Positions 37,187 to 50,200 of a DNA stretch of 64,000 bases are shown here, piece by piece. The number at the start of each line of letters is the position of its first letter. The stretch's first letter is position 1. A program made the position numbers and the translations under genes. The notes under the pieces are model-generated. The model did not search any database and was not told the DNA's origin. It saw only the letters and a program-made list of their open reading frames with translations. This DNA is from Eimeria praecox (taxonomy: Eukaryota): contig OY986948.1 in the NCBI GenBank assembly GCA_963920595.1, positions 2,232,001 to 2,296,000 of the forward strand. Reading direction: 5' to 3'.

Positions 37187-40100
37187 GGAGGGAGACAAAG
37201 AGAGCGATGAAGAATACAGGAGTATATAGGCAGGTGCGGGTAGAGGAGTGCCAGTAAAACGAATACACAGATCCACTGGGGGAAGAAAAAAATTGGGGAG
37301 CAGCCAGCTTTCTCAGGTAGCTTTAGTGGTAGGTAATACGAGGGATGACTGCAATGGTAGTAACAGAAGTGCATACTGCAAAGGGCAGTAGATGCATTGG
37401 AAGAAAATAACCGTTTGATTCTCGAAACAAATGCGAAATCCAATTGGGGAGGCAGCTCATGCTTGAGGCAGTCGATCACAACCAGGCAAGCTTGAAATGA
37501 ACAATTCAATCAACACAAACAGCTACTGCTTGCTGCATTTGCGTTTAATGAGACGAAAGCTTTCCTTCTTAATCCGTTGGCTGCAGCAAGGGCGTAGGTG
37601 TTGCTGAGCAGAAGGAGCCAAATGGTATCACGAAACTAGGTCAAGAAAGAAAAGAAACGCGAAAGGCTCCTGACGTGCTCCTCGCTAACGGTCTTGAGCT
37701 GCAGCCTTAGCCGCATCGTCGAATAATTAGGACTCTGCTAGGCTGTTTTCAATATCGCATTCAGGTAGAACAAGTGGATTGCTTCATATTCCATCTTGTC
37801 CCCACATGAGTTCTGCGATAAACTTATATGCCATGCAGCAACCCAAAGAGGCAAGCGAAGTACCCGCTGCGCCTCGTGCGGTCCTGTTGGGACGTTATTA
37901 CCACTAAATTGACACTCACACAAGCCTTCAACCCTTGCTTTTTTTCAATGCGATCCTTCCACGTCTTGATGGTTGAGCCAGGAGCCGTTGGACTGCCGCG
38001 TTTTGCCCAGCTCCACGGAGCGGAAGATTGCGACTTGCGCTTACCTGATACCCTAACAACGCCATCTTGACTGTTTTTGACTGTTCAGCGGCCACTCTAA
38101 AAAAAAGAGCCTTAAGGCTTAATTTATATTTGGGGGAGAATCTCCGTAATGATGAAAAAGGGTCAGGGGCATGAAATGCGCACAGAATATATCAAAAAGC
38201 ACGCAGAGTGCTTGTCTATGATGAAATTACAAGAAGGGTAGTTTTAGCTGGAGGTGACTGTGCATATACCTTTGGACTTCATATAGCTATTGTTTCACCA
38301 GCTCAGCTTCTTGCTGGGGGCTCAGACTCAGATTGGTTAAGCTCAGTGCACTTTAAAGTCTAGCTGATGAACGCTAGATGGGGTATTGTTTATGCGGAGG
38401 AGCTGCAACAGAGGTGCCTTAAACACCGGCGAGGCAGGCTTTCTCTCCTTTGCGGTGTCAGCAGCCTGAGCCATATAGGATCAAGAAGACGTTCGGCTAC
38501 GGGCGCAGTGTCTGCAGCTGGCCAGCCCCGGCTCTTGCATTCGACACTGCGCTGCTACTTAGGAATGCAGGGCAGCAGGACGGGCTCAGCCAGTAGTTCA
38601 GTGCCGCAAGTGCCTTTGAAGAAGCCGTGTAGAAAGGAACAACATAAGGAGGGTGCTTGGTATGCGCGGCTGCCGTTTAGATTTACGGGCACAGTTCCGC
38701 GCGCAGAAGTGCAGGTACATACATACTTACATGCTTCATAGTGTTCATGGTGAACTAGAAATACCACTTATAGTGTTTGCTGCGGATCGAAAGCCAACTA
38801 CAAGCCTTCGGAAATCACTCCCGACGAAGTGGGAACTGAAATGGTGAAGGGGTAACAGTACAAAGCTAAGAAGCCAATATGGTGCACTGCATCTTAGTTT
38901 GCCACTGTTTCGCAGGTGAACGGCGCATAAAGCAGATGCTTTAACCTGCCGCCTGCTATCAAGCGCATGCTAGCACGCGAGGATGGCCTATGTCGGGAAC
39001 AGGGCAGTGCAAAGGGACTGCTTATCTTGAATCCAGGGACGTCCCATGCCGAGACTGGGGGCAAGCCTCAGCATGTTGATTGGTTGCAGCGGGTGTTCAG
39101 CAGAGACAGACAATGGGGAATAAAACGTTGCATGCTCTTCGGTAGCACTCGATACTGGCGGAGCTGTCCCAGAAGCGGTTTGGCCACCCACTTGACAAGT
39201 GCAGCATGCTGTAGCACACTGTATGCGAAGTTGATAAAGGCTTGTGCGCAGGGTGGCTATGGACGTTCAAGCAATAAATCTTTTAAAAATATTAAATCCA
39301 TTGTGCTAGCGCATGCGCAAAAGCAGTCTTGGCTGTGCGTGCACGTGGGGCTGCCTCGCAGAATTACCTACAGCAATGTGCATTGCAGCTCATGGCATAC
39401 TATTTCTCATTTCCTTACAGTGAGTCCCACGCCATTGGGCTACCGCGTCCAGGAAACCTGGAAGCACGGCGAGAGATCACCAGCTGGTTTTTAGGAACTG
39501 AGTAATTTACTCTATAGCAGTTGACGACGGTACCCCGCTAAGATCTTGGAATCTGTCTACAGCAAACGCCCTATCTTAGTCCGTTGTAGTTCCCCCCTAC
39601 GGTTTGCTCGCATTCGCCTGTGAGCGTCGCATGCATCAGAACGAATTCTTAGACAATCAATAAACGCGCGCAAAACAAGGCCTGAAGGCAGGTATTAGAG
39701 CTCGAATGCTCTCTATAGCCTGCGATAACAATCCAGATGGCCTCACTAAACGCAAAGGGCCAAAATCATGCGAACCGGCCCTGGTTGTAATTGCATGAGC
39801 AACAAAGAAAAACGCAAACAAAGCCAAAGGCTACACTAAAAGTACGTATGAACGAGCAGACAACCAATCCTTTTCATCAGAGTTCGTGTTGCTCAGGTTG
39901 GATAAATTTTTGACAGGATGCTTATTAATAGATGTCCACAGTCTACTTTCATCAACACCTCCAGAATATGTTACTTAATAGTCGTGCCCAGTCTACTTTC
40001 ATCAACACCTCCAGCATTCCATCCTTATTCTTCTCAAGCCTACGCTATCAAACCTACGCTGCTTTTCAGTCAGGTGCACCTTGAACTCCACCTGCGGCGT

Positions 40101-40880
40101 TAGCCTTCCTGTTCGGGCCTGCCCCTCTAAACTATGCAGTGTTACTGAGTATACAGCGAGCCCCTTATCTTTGCAGAAGTTTCCGGGGGCTGCAGCAGCA
40201 GTGTGAAAGTGGGAGTTCTCAACATAGAGCTGATGATCTCCCCTCATGCTTACAATCATCTTGAGAACAGCGGCTTAAGCATCTACAGCTACTAGTGCCA
40301 AGAGCAAGAGACACATGATACAGCGACGCCCATGAGTTTCAGAAATTCTTGCTGAACTCGGCTGTTAGTGGCCTCTCAGCCCACCCTACTGCGAGGGAAA
40401 TCAAGCATCCTTCCCCCCGCGCACTAACACTGCTGTAAGTTGTTAAACACATACTTAACCCTCAATAGCCAGACTAGACACAAGCACAGAAGCACACAGC
40501 AACCACAAACAGACAATGCAGCAATATGTCTGAAAAGCCATTGTAGCATTATACACGCAATCCTTCTTGTATCAGAGGTCCTGTGCTGTTGTTAAAGGAA
40601 TCAAATTGCCAGTTCCAAAGGCAAATAGGCGTACTCTCAGAGGAATGGGAGCTGAATCAGATTTGTAGAGGGAACTTAAAAGCAGCCCCACAAAGCCCCA
40701 CAGCCCCGAACACCAGTAGCCGATCGCCATACTACTTGAAATCGGGCTGCCTGCCGCTGCAGCTGCGACTGCTGCGGTGGGTGCAGCGGCGGGTTTTCTT
40801 TCTAAATTACATCGCCGAGAAGGGGTTTGGCGAGGATTTCGGGAACGATTCCCTTTGCATTTTCAGAAGAAGTATAGAAA

Positions 40881-42610
40881 ATGGCAAAGAGGACCAAGAA
40901 GGTGCGAATCAAACCTCTGTCGTTTTCACTTCCCCTCAGCGCGATAGTCTGCTGGCCGGATATCAACATATGCAGCAGAAATATTTGTTTTTTGCATGTT
41001 TGTAGTAAATCTAAGCGTGCAGCGTGCTGCATGGCTCTTCTCTTCTAACTTTTTGGCGATGGGTGGGAGACAGGAACAGGCTGCAGCGGGGGAACGCTGG
41101 GTTGACGACTGATTGGCCTGATGTTTCGGGGAAACCCTCTCTTGCCACATTTATCTCCCTTTCCCATTCTTTATTTTTTTGCTTATAATATTTGCGGGTT
41201 TTCCCTCCTGGCCTTCCTCCCATCCGTGCGGTTTCTTCTCTGGGCACACACGAAAGGCTCCGGCGGTATCGGCGTTGTGGGGCAGAACATTTGTTGGCTT
41301 TTTGCTCATGCGGAATCCACATGAATGAAATGGAATATAAAGAATGCCAATTGGGATGTGTGAACATGGCAAATGCGTGGGCTAGCAGGTGTTTCGGAAG
41401 CCCTTTAGGGAATTTGTGACTGGTGGATTTGAGGCGCTCTTCGCGCCCCATCATATTATTTCATGCATTTAGTGTAGCGCTCTTTCCAAGAGCCAGCGAA
41501 GGCCGAAACTTTCCTGCGTTGGTTCCAACGGGGAGCAATAACAACGCTGACAGCGGGGTTGCCGGGGGGGTTCATTTTTGCGATTATTTGTTGGGTTCCC
41601 CCAAACTTTGCTGGTCATTCTTCCGTCTTCTTTTTGTTGAAATGATGGCTGCCTTCTTGTGCAATACAACTGGAGGCTTTGTGCTATTCGTATTATCCTC
41701 TTTCGGTTTTGCTGTGGTGCACACGCCGCTGGCACTGTCGTGTTTTAGGAGGAAGTGGATGACTTACTTCATTTTTGTGGGCATTGCTATCTTTGGGCTC
41801 ATGCGGGGCCCGTGCAGTTTATTGCATGTGTTTGCCCACGTGTTAATTGGTATGTTGTTGCCATTTGGTCGTCCTGCAGGTCGGAGTCGTGGGGAAGTAC
41901 GGCACGCGCTATGGGGCGTCTCTGCGTAAAGTGATGAAGAAGGTGGAGCTGCAGCAGCACGCCAAGTATACGTGCCCCTTCTGCGGCAAGGTGAGGAAGC
42001 TATTGACGCTGAAAGGATGTGCAGTTTCTTCGTTGTCTCAAGTTTTTCTTGGGTGGCGGTGTTCGTCTACCGCTGTGTAGTGTCCAATAGGCAATATAGA
42101 CATGCAACTTCTTTGCCTTTCGTGGTTCGTGTGGTTAGGGGGGAGTGTATGCAATGCGTCTGGTGTATGGGTAGGACCTGTTTGTGCGTGCTGCATTGTT
42201 CTTGGTGGCTGAAAAGGGAAAGCATGTAGTGTGCATTTGAAGCCGTATCTGTGCTAAACGATATTCTATTTTTAAGGGCGCATACGCATGCGCATGAGCC
42301 CATTTTGAACCCTTTGTCTATTTGCCTCCCTGGTATCATCGTACCGGTTCGTCTTCCTTTCATTCCTTGTTTTGTTTCTGGCATTGCTACTTCCTTGTAC
42401 CGCATAGCATATTTTAAGGTGGCGTGCGTTTCACCGGTTCTCTGTTTCTGTGTTCAGCTGAGCGTCAAGAGGCAGGCCGTCGGTATCTGGCACTGCAGAG
42501 GCTGCTCGAAGACGATGACTGGTGGTGCCTGGACTCTTCAGACAGCAGCAGCAGCCACAGTACGTTCTACCGTTTCGCGTCTTAGGAAGCAGATGGGGGA
42601 GGCCAAGTAA
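40881..42610 (+). CDS. RPL37A: 60S ribosomal protein L37a (eL43), 3 exons: 40881-40901, 41880-41990, 42458-42610
   Basis: [95 protein letters not shown]2-C2 zinc finger; GT-AG introns in phase 0; 94 aa. Confidence 0.98.
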
Positions 42611-44196
42611 ATGATATGAAATTCATTCAACTTGCTCTGTAAAGGGCTTCCGCCTCCAGTGTCTAGGCAGCTTCAAAGCAGCTGAACGTCGTTTTTCTCA
42701 ATTTAATTCTTTGAACTTCCACTGCACTTTGGCCCGCCACTCATAAAACATGTACGGCCGGTTGCAGCTCGACTGCGGGCCACCACTTGAGCCTTTTTTT
42801 CATTTGCAATGTACTGCGATGTACTGAGTGTAGTAAATTGAAGAGCAAACGCACAGATGAATGGCATAGTGTAGCTCAAATAGGGGAAGAGGAACAATAG
42901 GTTCTGCTGCATAGTTGTAGGCACCCACGGGGTCAGCAGGGGAGCAAGGGAACAGTTGAAGAACCGAGGCGGGTTCACCACAAGTGAACGTGGTGGTGCT
43001 ACATATGGCATATCCACTTAAGATACTATCTGCAGTTAAAGTACGGGTTCGGGTTTTAGACGGGATCGGGGTTAGGGTTGGTTTGACCATTTTGAATGTT
43101 AGGTGGACCTGTGGGGGGGAGGACTCGACTGTTGCCATGTGTTGAACAAGTGTGGCACGCATATACAGTTTTGGGCGGATGAGAAAGGTTAACAGACTTC
43201 CTGAAAATAATAAAAGCACTTCGAATGGAAAGGCTGAAAATAATTAAAGCACTTCGAATGGAAAGCGTATGGACCGTCTTAGGCAATCCCAAGCAATTAA
43301 CCAATTAACACGTTGCAGGGGGCGGTCCATGTGAGTTAGATAATGGCATTCATTGCGAAAAGGAGAGGAATGCAGGCTTTCATGGGAACAAGTTACAGAA
43401 AATTATTGGAAAGTGTGGAAACGAAACTTGCTCCACTTACGGAAACGTGCCTCCCTCGGCAGGACTTAGGGGGCTGCGTGGGGTTTAGAATCTATTCTCT
43501 TTTCCTGTTCTGCAGCATCATATTATGAATGTTTGTTGTATTTCGTTAGTTTAGAAGCTGACTGAGGAAACTTTTTTTAATTTGGACCGAAGACCAGCAG
43601 CGACACCGGATGTGTACCGGGTCTCGTCCGCGGGAGCTGAGCGGCTCACCACAACGGGCTAACGATCAGAGGCTGAAAACCCTCGTTTTGTGCGCCTTGT
43701 TGCAGAAATGCAACTCTTTTCACCTTGAACAGATGCTGGGAGACATAAATGTGCATTAAATCCCACTTCTCGTTCGCAAGGGTGTGCATTGGGGTCTCGG
43801 CGAAACTAGCTCTCTTCAACTCTGTGGACGGAGCGTGTTTTGTTTTCTTCCCCATGAGGAGGTTTATCTTCCTTCTCCTTTAGTTTCTTTTTTTCTTCTA
43901 TTATACATGATAACGCAGATGAACAATCCCCTGGACCATCTGCCTCACCCCACGGGACCTGCTAACCGGCGCCGTTTTCCCCTTTCCTTCGCCAGCCTCA
44001 TCTCATGCGTTATGCTGTTATAGACTAGTTTATTGTTCATACATTTGTTTATTTCATGTATTAGAGGCTGCACACGGCTGTTTGTCCCGCCGCAAGCGCT
44101 GCACAAGCGTTCAGTGTGCCTGTGCCGTGTAATACTGTAACTAGCACCTTTATTCCTGTTTGCTGCACCCTGGTACATTTCCTCGCATTTGACAGT

Positions 44197-47188
44197 ATGG
44201 TTATGCACCGAGTTCGCGCGACGTCATACGTCCGCCGAACCCTGTCCCAGCCCTTGAATAAACGTAGGGCTACAGCGGCTCTTACCCCTCTGCCAGATGG
44301 AACAGGAGTCGCTCCTTCTGCCGATATTCAAGACCCAGGAGGCAAGTGCAGGACCTTGTAGTGCATGTGTGACGTCTTGACGTGGGATGGCACCTCCTGC
44401 TTTTTTGGCTTCCCCTATGATCCTTTTTTTTCTAACATGCCACCTACGGCTTTTCTGCTGCTGCCCGTTCCCCGGATCTGATTTGTTCGGGCCTCTTCTG
44501 CTACACAACCGATTCTGCTCATTTTGCGCCGCTGTTGCCGCTGCTGCTACCACTGCTCTTGCTGCAGCAGCGGCGATTGCCAGCGGTGCTGCTCTTGGTG
44601 ATGCTGGTTACTGAAACTACCAGTGTATTTGCTAGTGTATTCCCTGAAGCTGTTGCTGAGCAAACCAGCGTTTGTACTAACTGTATCCACTCCTTCTGCT
44701 ACTGCCTTGATCCTTTTTGCTGCGCTTCTCATTGCTGCCCTTACCCTTACTTCAACTGTGGTTATTGGCGTTGCTACTGCTGCTGTTGGTGTCGTTGCTG
44801 TTGCTCAGAGGAGAGCTGCCCGCATGGTGGGTATGAGAGGGTCCTTCATGCGTATGCTTTGGCATGGTGCTATTTCATGGTTCGGTCTTGTATCTGCTGA
44901 GCCGTGTGGCCATTTGTGCGTTTATGGTGTGAATATTGTTTGTGTTGATCTATTTGAAAGACGTTTCCGTATTGTCTTTTGTCTTTCAGCATACTCAGAC
45001 TGACCGTACACCTCAACATATGTGTCTGCCTGCGCCTTTGTCTCAGGCAGCATCGTGGGTAGCGTGGCCGCACCAAACCGACAGCTGCACTTGGGGCTTC
45101 TGGCGGACGGTAGCAGCAGCTCGCGGCTGCGGGGTCTAGGTACCGAGACAATAGAAGAGGAGGGAACGGAGGATGACCTCTCTGAAGGCCGCCTAAGCTT
45201 CACTCTCAGAGAAGACGTGGCCCGGCTAAAGGAGATCTGCCTCACCAAGTGAACACTTGCTGCTTGCACTGCCATTCCTGCTGCTGCCAACACGCCTGAG
45301 CCAGCGGTGCTGCTCCTGCTGCTGCTCTTCTTCCTGATGCTCGTCCTGCTCCTGCTCTTCCTGCTGGTGCCCTTCCTGCTGCTCCTCCTCTTCGTGCGGC
45401 TGCTGCCCCTCTTTGCAGCTGGTCCTGCTTCTGCCGCTATGGCTGGCAATCTCTGGCCATCGCGAGATTCACCTGGAGATCGTCTCTTGCTTTTGTGTAT
45501 TTCTTCAATCACCGTGCACTACATGGCAGTCGTGATCTGCTTGACCCTGTTTCCCTGCTGCATTTGCTTTGGATAAAGAGAGGGCGGTGTTTGTTGTGTG
45601 CAGGACACAGCTGCTGTTGCTCTTTGCCCCACTAGGCCTCTGGAGCCGTCTGGGTGGACTTCCGACGATATGTGTATTCCTTTTTAATTTCGCAGCACTT
45701 ATTCCTCTCTCTGCTCTCTTAGGAGCATTTACAGAGGAATTGTCGCTGCACACGGGAGGTGTGCTAGGGGTCCACGGCGTAAGGGTTTGGGGTTTGGGGT
45801 TTAGGGTTTAGTACGCTGCAGCCTCGAGCAGCAGGCGGAGACGCCGCTGCGCCGTAACGAGGGACAGCGAGAAGGGGTGGAGAGGGTACTGCATGCCATA
45901 GGTGCAAACAATCAGCTCTCTTTTCTGTCTGCTGTCTTCAGAGCAGCAGGAAAAAAAACAAGGAAAAGGATACAAACAAAAGGATCAGCGAGGAAAACAG
46001 AAACCATAAGCCCTTTCTTGTCTTGTCTCCTCGATTGGTTTGCTCAGAGATTACTGGAGGCCTTCTCAATGCAACTTTTGGCAACGCAGTGGAGATGATC
46101 TTGTCTGTCCAGGCCCTGCGCATCGTAAGCGCTGCTCTTAATGAGGGCTTAGGGCTCAGGGTTTAGGGTTTACGGTGTAGGGAGTGGGCGGGGTCCCCGC
46201 AGTGCCTGTGGTGTTAAGGACGCATGGCGTTCAAAAATCTTCTTTCTGTTTTCTCCAGGGGCTGCTGGAGGTAGTGAAGGGGACTCTGCTGGGTTCGATA
46301 TTGTCTAACTTGCTGCTCGTCTTGGGCATGTCTTTCTTCGCGGGGGGCCTGAGGCATTATTTGCAGAAATTTAATGAAAAGGGTAAGCCAGGGGCAGTCC
46401 CGTGTTGCTTGCTTGTCTCAACAAGCTCTCTTTCATTGATTGAAGAGAACAGGGCCTTTTTCTCCCTTTCCCGCTCTCTTGCTTGTACCGAGACAGAGGC
46501 AGGGAAGAATGCAAAGGCAGAGGCAGAGACACAAGAGGACAAATAGCGGCGAGGGATACGCTAAATAGAGGGATCCTTGGGGCTTGCATGCATTTCTTCT
46601 GTCGAAGGCACTCAGCAAGAGGGCTTGGGTGGGATGGCTTGTCCTGTTAGTTCAACAGGCACCATCTGCATCGTTTGTTGACGAGTATGCTTACTGGTTT
46701 TCTGTATTTAACCATTATTTTGTCTGCCCTTACTTTTTCTTTTGTCTGCTTTGTTGTTCTGCTTCAGGAGCCACATGCAGCGTCACACTGCTGCTTCTCT
46801 CCTGCATGGGCATCGTCATTCCTACAGTTGCTGCTGTAGACAACGGACAGCACGGGACATACAACATTTTGATGGTGCGGCCACTTCGGCTTTCTGTGTT
46901 GGCTTCTTCCCTTCATACTCTGCTTTGGCTGCTGGCTTTTAGACCTCCTGTCTCCTTGTCTGTCTCCAGCTCTTTCTTATGTTCCTGCCTTCGCTCGTGT
47001 GCTCATGCGCACCTCGCCTTGGCCCCGTACTTCTGCATCCAGCGCCATGCCTGTGTAGCAGCGAATGAACGGCATCGCCTTCAGCGTTTACCTTTTAGGG
47101 TGTAGTGCTGAGGGTTTAGGGTTTGGGGTGGAGCTGTCTTGCATGCCTTTGACGCTGCGAGTGGAGGGCGGAGAAGTGTATTGTCAAC

Positions 47189-47260
<72 letters not shown>

Positions 47261-50200
47261 GCTGACATTTAATTGACAGTATATTTATGAACGCTTGCCC
47301 GAGGGACTCTTTTGATCGAAAGGAGACAAGACGGGGGATTTGATTGGAGCGCTGCATCTCGTTTTAGTGTGCAGCTGCTTCTACTTATTACGAGTTCAAG
47401 GGTGTTACTTTATGTCAAGAGACATTCGGTGCTATCGATGGGCATCTGTCTTGTTGTTTGCATGCAGTTAGGCATGTGGAGTTGCGTGATATTAAAGTAG
47501 CTGCCTATAGGGGGGAGAATTTAACACAGCAGGAGCAAAGGATACTAATGTTGCTTTGTGGCTAATTGGCTTACCGTACCTTTGAGAACGCTAGACACGG
47601 TTATTGCACTGGAGGAGGAGACAAGGAAGGCTTACCACCAGCATTGAGGCAGGGGGGCTCTGTGTATTTGTTAGGTGGCGTGTTTCCCCTCAGCGACAAC
47701 GAGAGGAACTACTGATGCTTTTCTTTCTCTTTATTGTTTTCTGTGTGTCTGTTGTGCTGCAGATTAGCCGAATTACCGCGTTACTGATTGGCGTGACGTA
47801 CTGCTTGTTCCTCTTTTTTCAACTGTACACCCACATTGGGCTCTTCAAAGATGACGTAGATGGTGAGAAAACAGAACCTGCCGTTCATGCTTGGCCAGTT
47901 GCTCCTTGCTCGAGGCTTGGCCGCCTTCCAGACAAGAAGCGAACGAAAATAAGCAGGGAGAGAGAGTCAGAGAGAGACAAACAGGAGGGAGAGATAATGG
48001 GTCTCAGAGACAGGCAGTGACGGCGCTGGTACACAAGCAGGCAATAAAGGAGGTAGAAAAACCATGTGCCAAGAGAGACGAGAGAAAGCAGTGGGAACAG
48101 GCAAAGGGCAGGCGAGCAAGCCAGAAAAACAGAATGCAACAGACGGCAGAAACGCCTTCAGTGTGTGTATCGGGCGAAGGACATAACTAGAAAGCCGCGA
48201 AACATATTTGACAGCGCAGACAGAAGCATAGGCAGCATTTTCATTTAAAGGGAGACAGCACATGCAGCTGTGCGGCCTCTCGTTGTGAGCCTTGGAATAT
48301 GTTTGTATATCCATATATATATATATATACAGACAGAGAGAGAGAGAGTCTGCTTGGCCTAACGAGGCGGCAGTCCGTGTTTGTTAGAACAGCAAATATA
48401 TTCAGGCCATGCAAAGCCAAAACCAAATTAAAAAATCGAGAGGAGCACTCACAGTTATTTCTGTGCATGCCTCGTTGCTTAGAACTAAAACCAGCAGCCA
48501 GTATTGCTGCTTTTGCGGGGAGTAGAGGGTTTTTTCCCTACGAATTAGTATTAATCTATGATCAAAGTTCAGTTTACTTTCTGTTTATCCATGTGAGAGC
48601 CCTTCGGGTTCAACAGTGGCAGGAGTGGGGGTCTAATGTAATTGCTTATAAGCCGATTGTTTATCCGTCCCTTAGCTTATTCTGTTTTCTCTCCCTTTCA
48701 GATGGATGTCAGTGGCCAATGATGTCGTGGGAAGGAGCTACGCTCATGCTTTTCCTCGTCACGGCGCTTGTCGCCCTCCATTCAGGTATTTGTTCCTCTG
48801 TCTTTTTCGTTTTATTTGGGTTGTCCTTTGCTTGTTTCTCCTTCGTTTCCCTCGGTTGCTTCTGCCTTTGCTTTCGCTGCCTGTAGTGTTCTTTCTCGAC
48901 TCTTTTCTCTCTTCCCGTCCTTTCGGTTTGCTCTGTGCAGTTCATCACGGCGCCTCGAATTATTTTGCGGTGTTTGACTAAGCAGCAAATTGCCCATACT
49001 TTGCCTATCTGCATTGTTCAATTTTTGGCCTTTGGAGGGCTGTTTACTGTTTGTTCACGTGTTTGTTTGCGTGTGCTTGCTTAGAGTTCCTCGTCTCTTC
49101 TATTGAACAGGTGGTGGCGGACTATGGCCTCTCTGAAAGTTTTATTGGGGTCATTCTGCTCCCCATAGTTGGTTCGTCCATATACTCCAAATTGCTGTTC
49201 ATCTTATCAATGATCTATGCTTGTACTTTTCGTTTACATCCCGTTGCTTGCATGTACACTTGCCTGCCGGCTGTTGATATTTCCCTGCTCTGCCAGTGGA
49301 GGCGCTTTTATGTTTAGATGCTCTTCGATGGCATTTATTCTGTGCTTGCCTTTTCCATATCTTCCTCTTTCTCTTCTTTCTTTTCTGCCTTCCTTTCGCA
49401 GTCCTTGGTTCTGTTTGCAATCCAAAGCATCGTGTTTCTTTCTCTGCTCCTGCCCTACAAACTTCTCTGGCCTTGCCATATAGGGCTTCTCGGTTTTATT
49501 ATTGTGATTTTATTTCTCTTATCGCATCGCAGCTTATGTGACGATTTTAGAATCGTCCTTTTCTGTTTCTGCGCCTGCCTCCTCACTGTGCCCTTCACCT
49601 CTTTGCTGAGATTTTGGCTATTTGTAAGACCGTTGGACGTGCACGCCTTTGCTTCTGTGCAGGAAACGCTGCAGAGCATCTAACGGCGGTGACGGTGGCG
49701 ATGAAGAACAAAGTTGATCTAGCTATGGGGGTGGCTGTGGGTTCTTCCGCTCAGGTGCGCTTTCGTTTCATTTACTGTATGCTTGTTAGTGATGCGTGTT
49801 TCCACCAATCACCTTTATTGGGGTTGGAAGATAATTGTTATTGCTGCTGCTCATTTAGACCCCTGGAGTTGCCGTTCAGCATCGGTGGGGTTGTGCATAT
49901 TCATTGTTCTGTTTCTGCTTCATGGAGTGGTTTTATTCTTTTCGGGGCAGCATGTCATTGTATCTTTGCCACAGTACCTCCTTGCGAAGTTTCCTTCCTG
50001 TATTTATTGTCCTTTTGCTTGCGGTAGACGGTGCTTGCATTGCGCACATCTAGCGGATGTACCTTGTTTCTTTTCATCTTCATTGAGTGAGTGCACTTTG
50101 CCGCGTTGTGCTATGTGGCACGATTTCTTTTGTCTCTTGTGCTGTTTATAGATCGCTTTGTTTGTATTTCCCTTCACTGTTCTGGTGGCGTGGGTGATGG

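Noticed and set aside
35576..37509. YIYIYI-repeat ORFs
   Set aside because: Translations of (AT)n microsatellites.
36000..40800. Scattered ORFs and possible exons between the membrane-protein gene and RPL37A
   Set aside because: No recognisable motif or phase-consistent exon chain; a divergent gene cannot be excluded.
40902..41879. Possible snoRNA in the long first intron of RPL37A
   Set aside because: No convincing box C/D or H/ACA arrangement seen by eye; it would need a covariance-model search.
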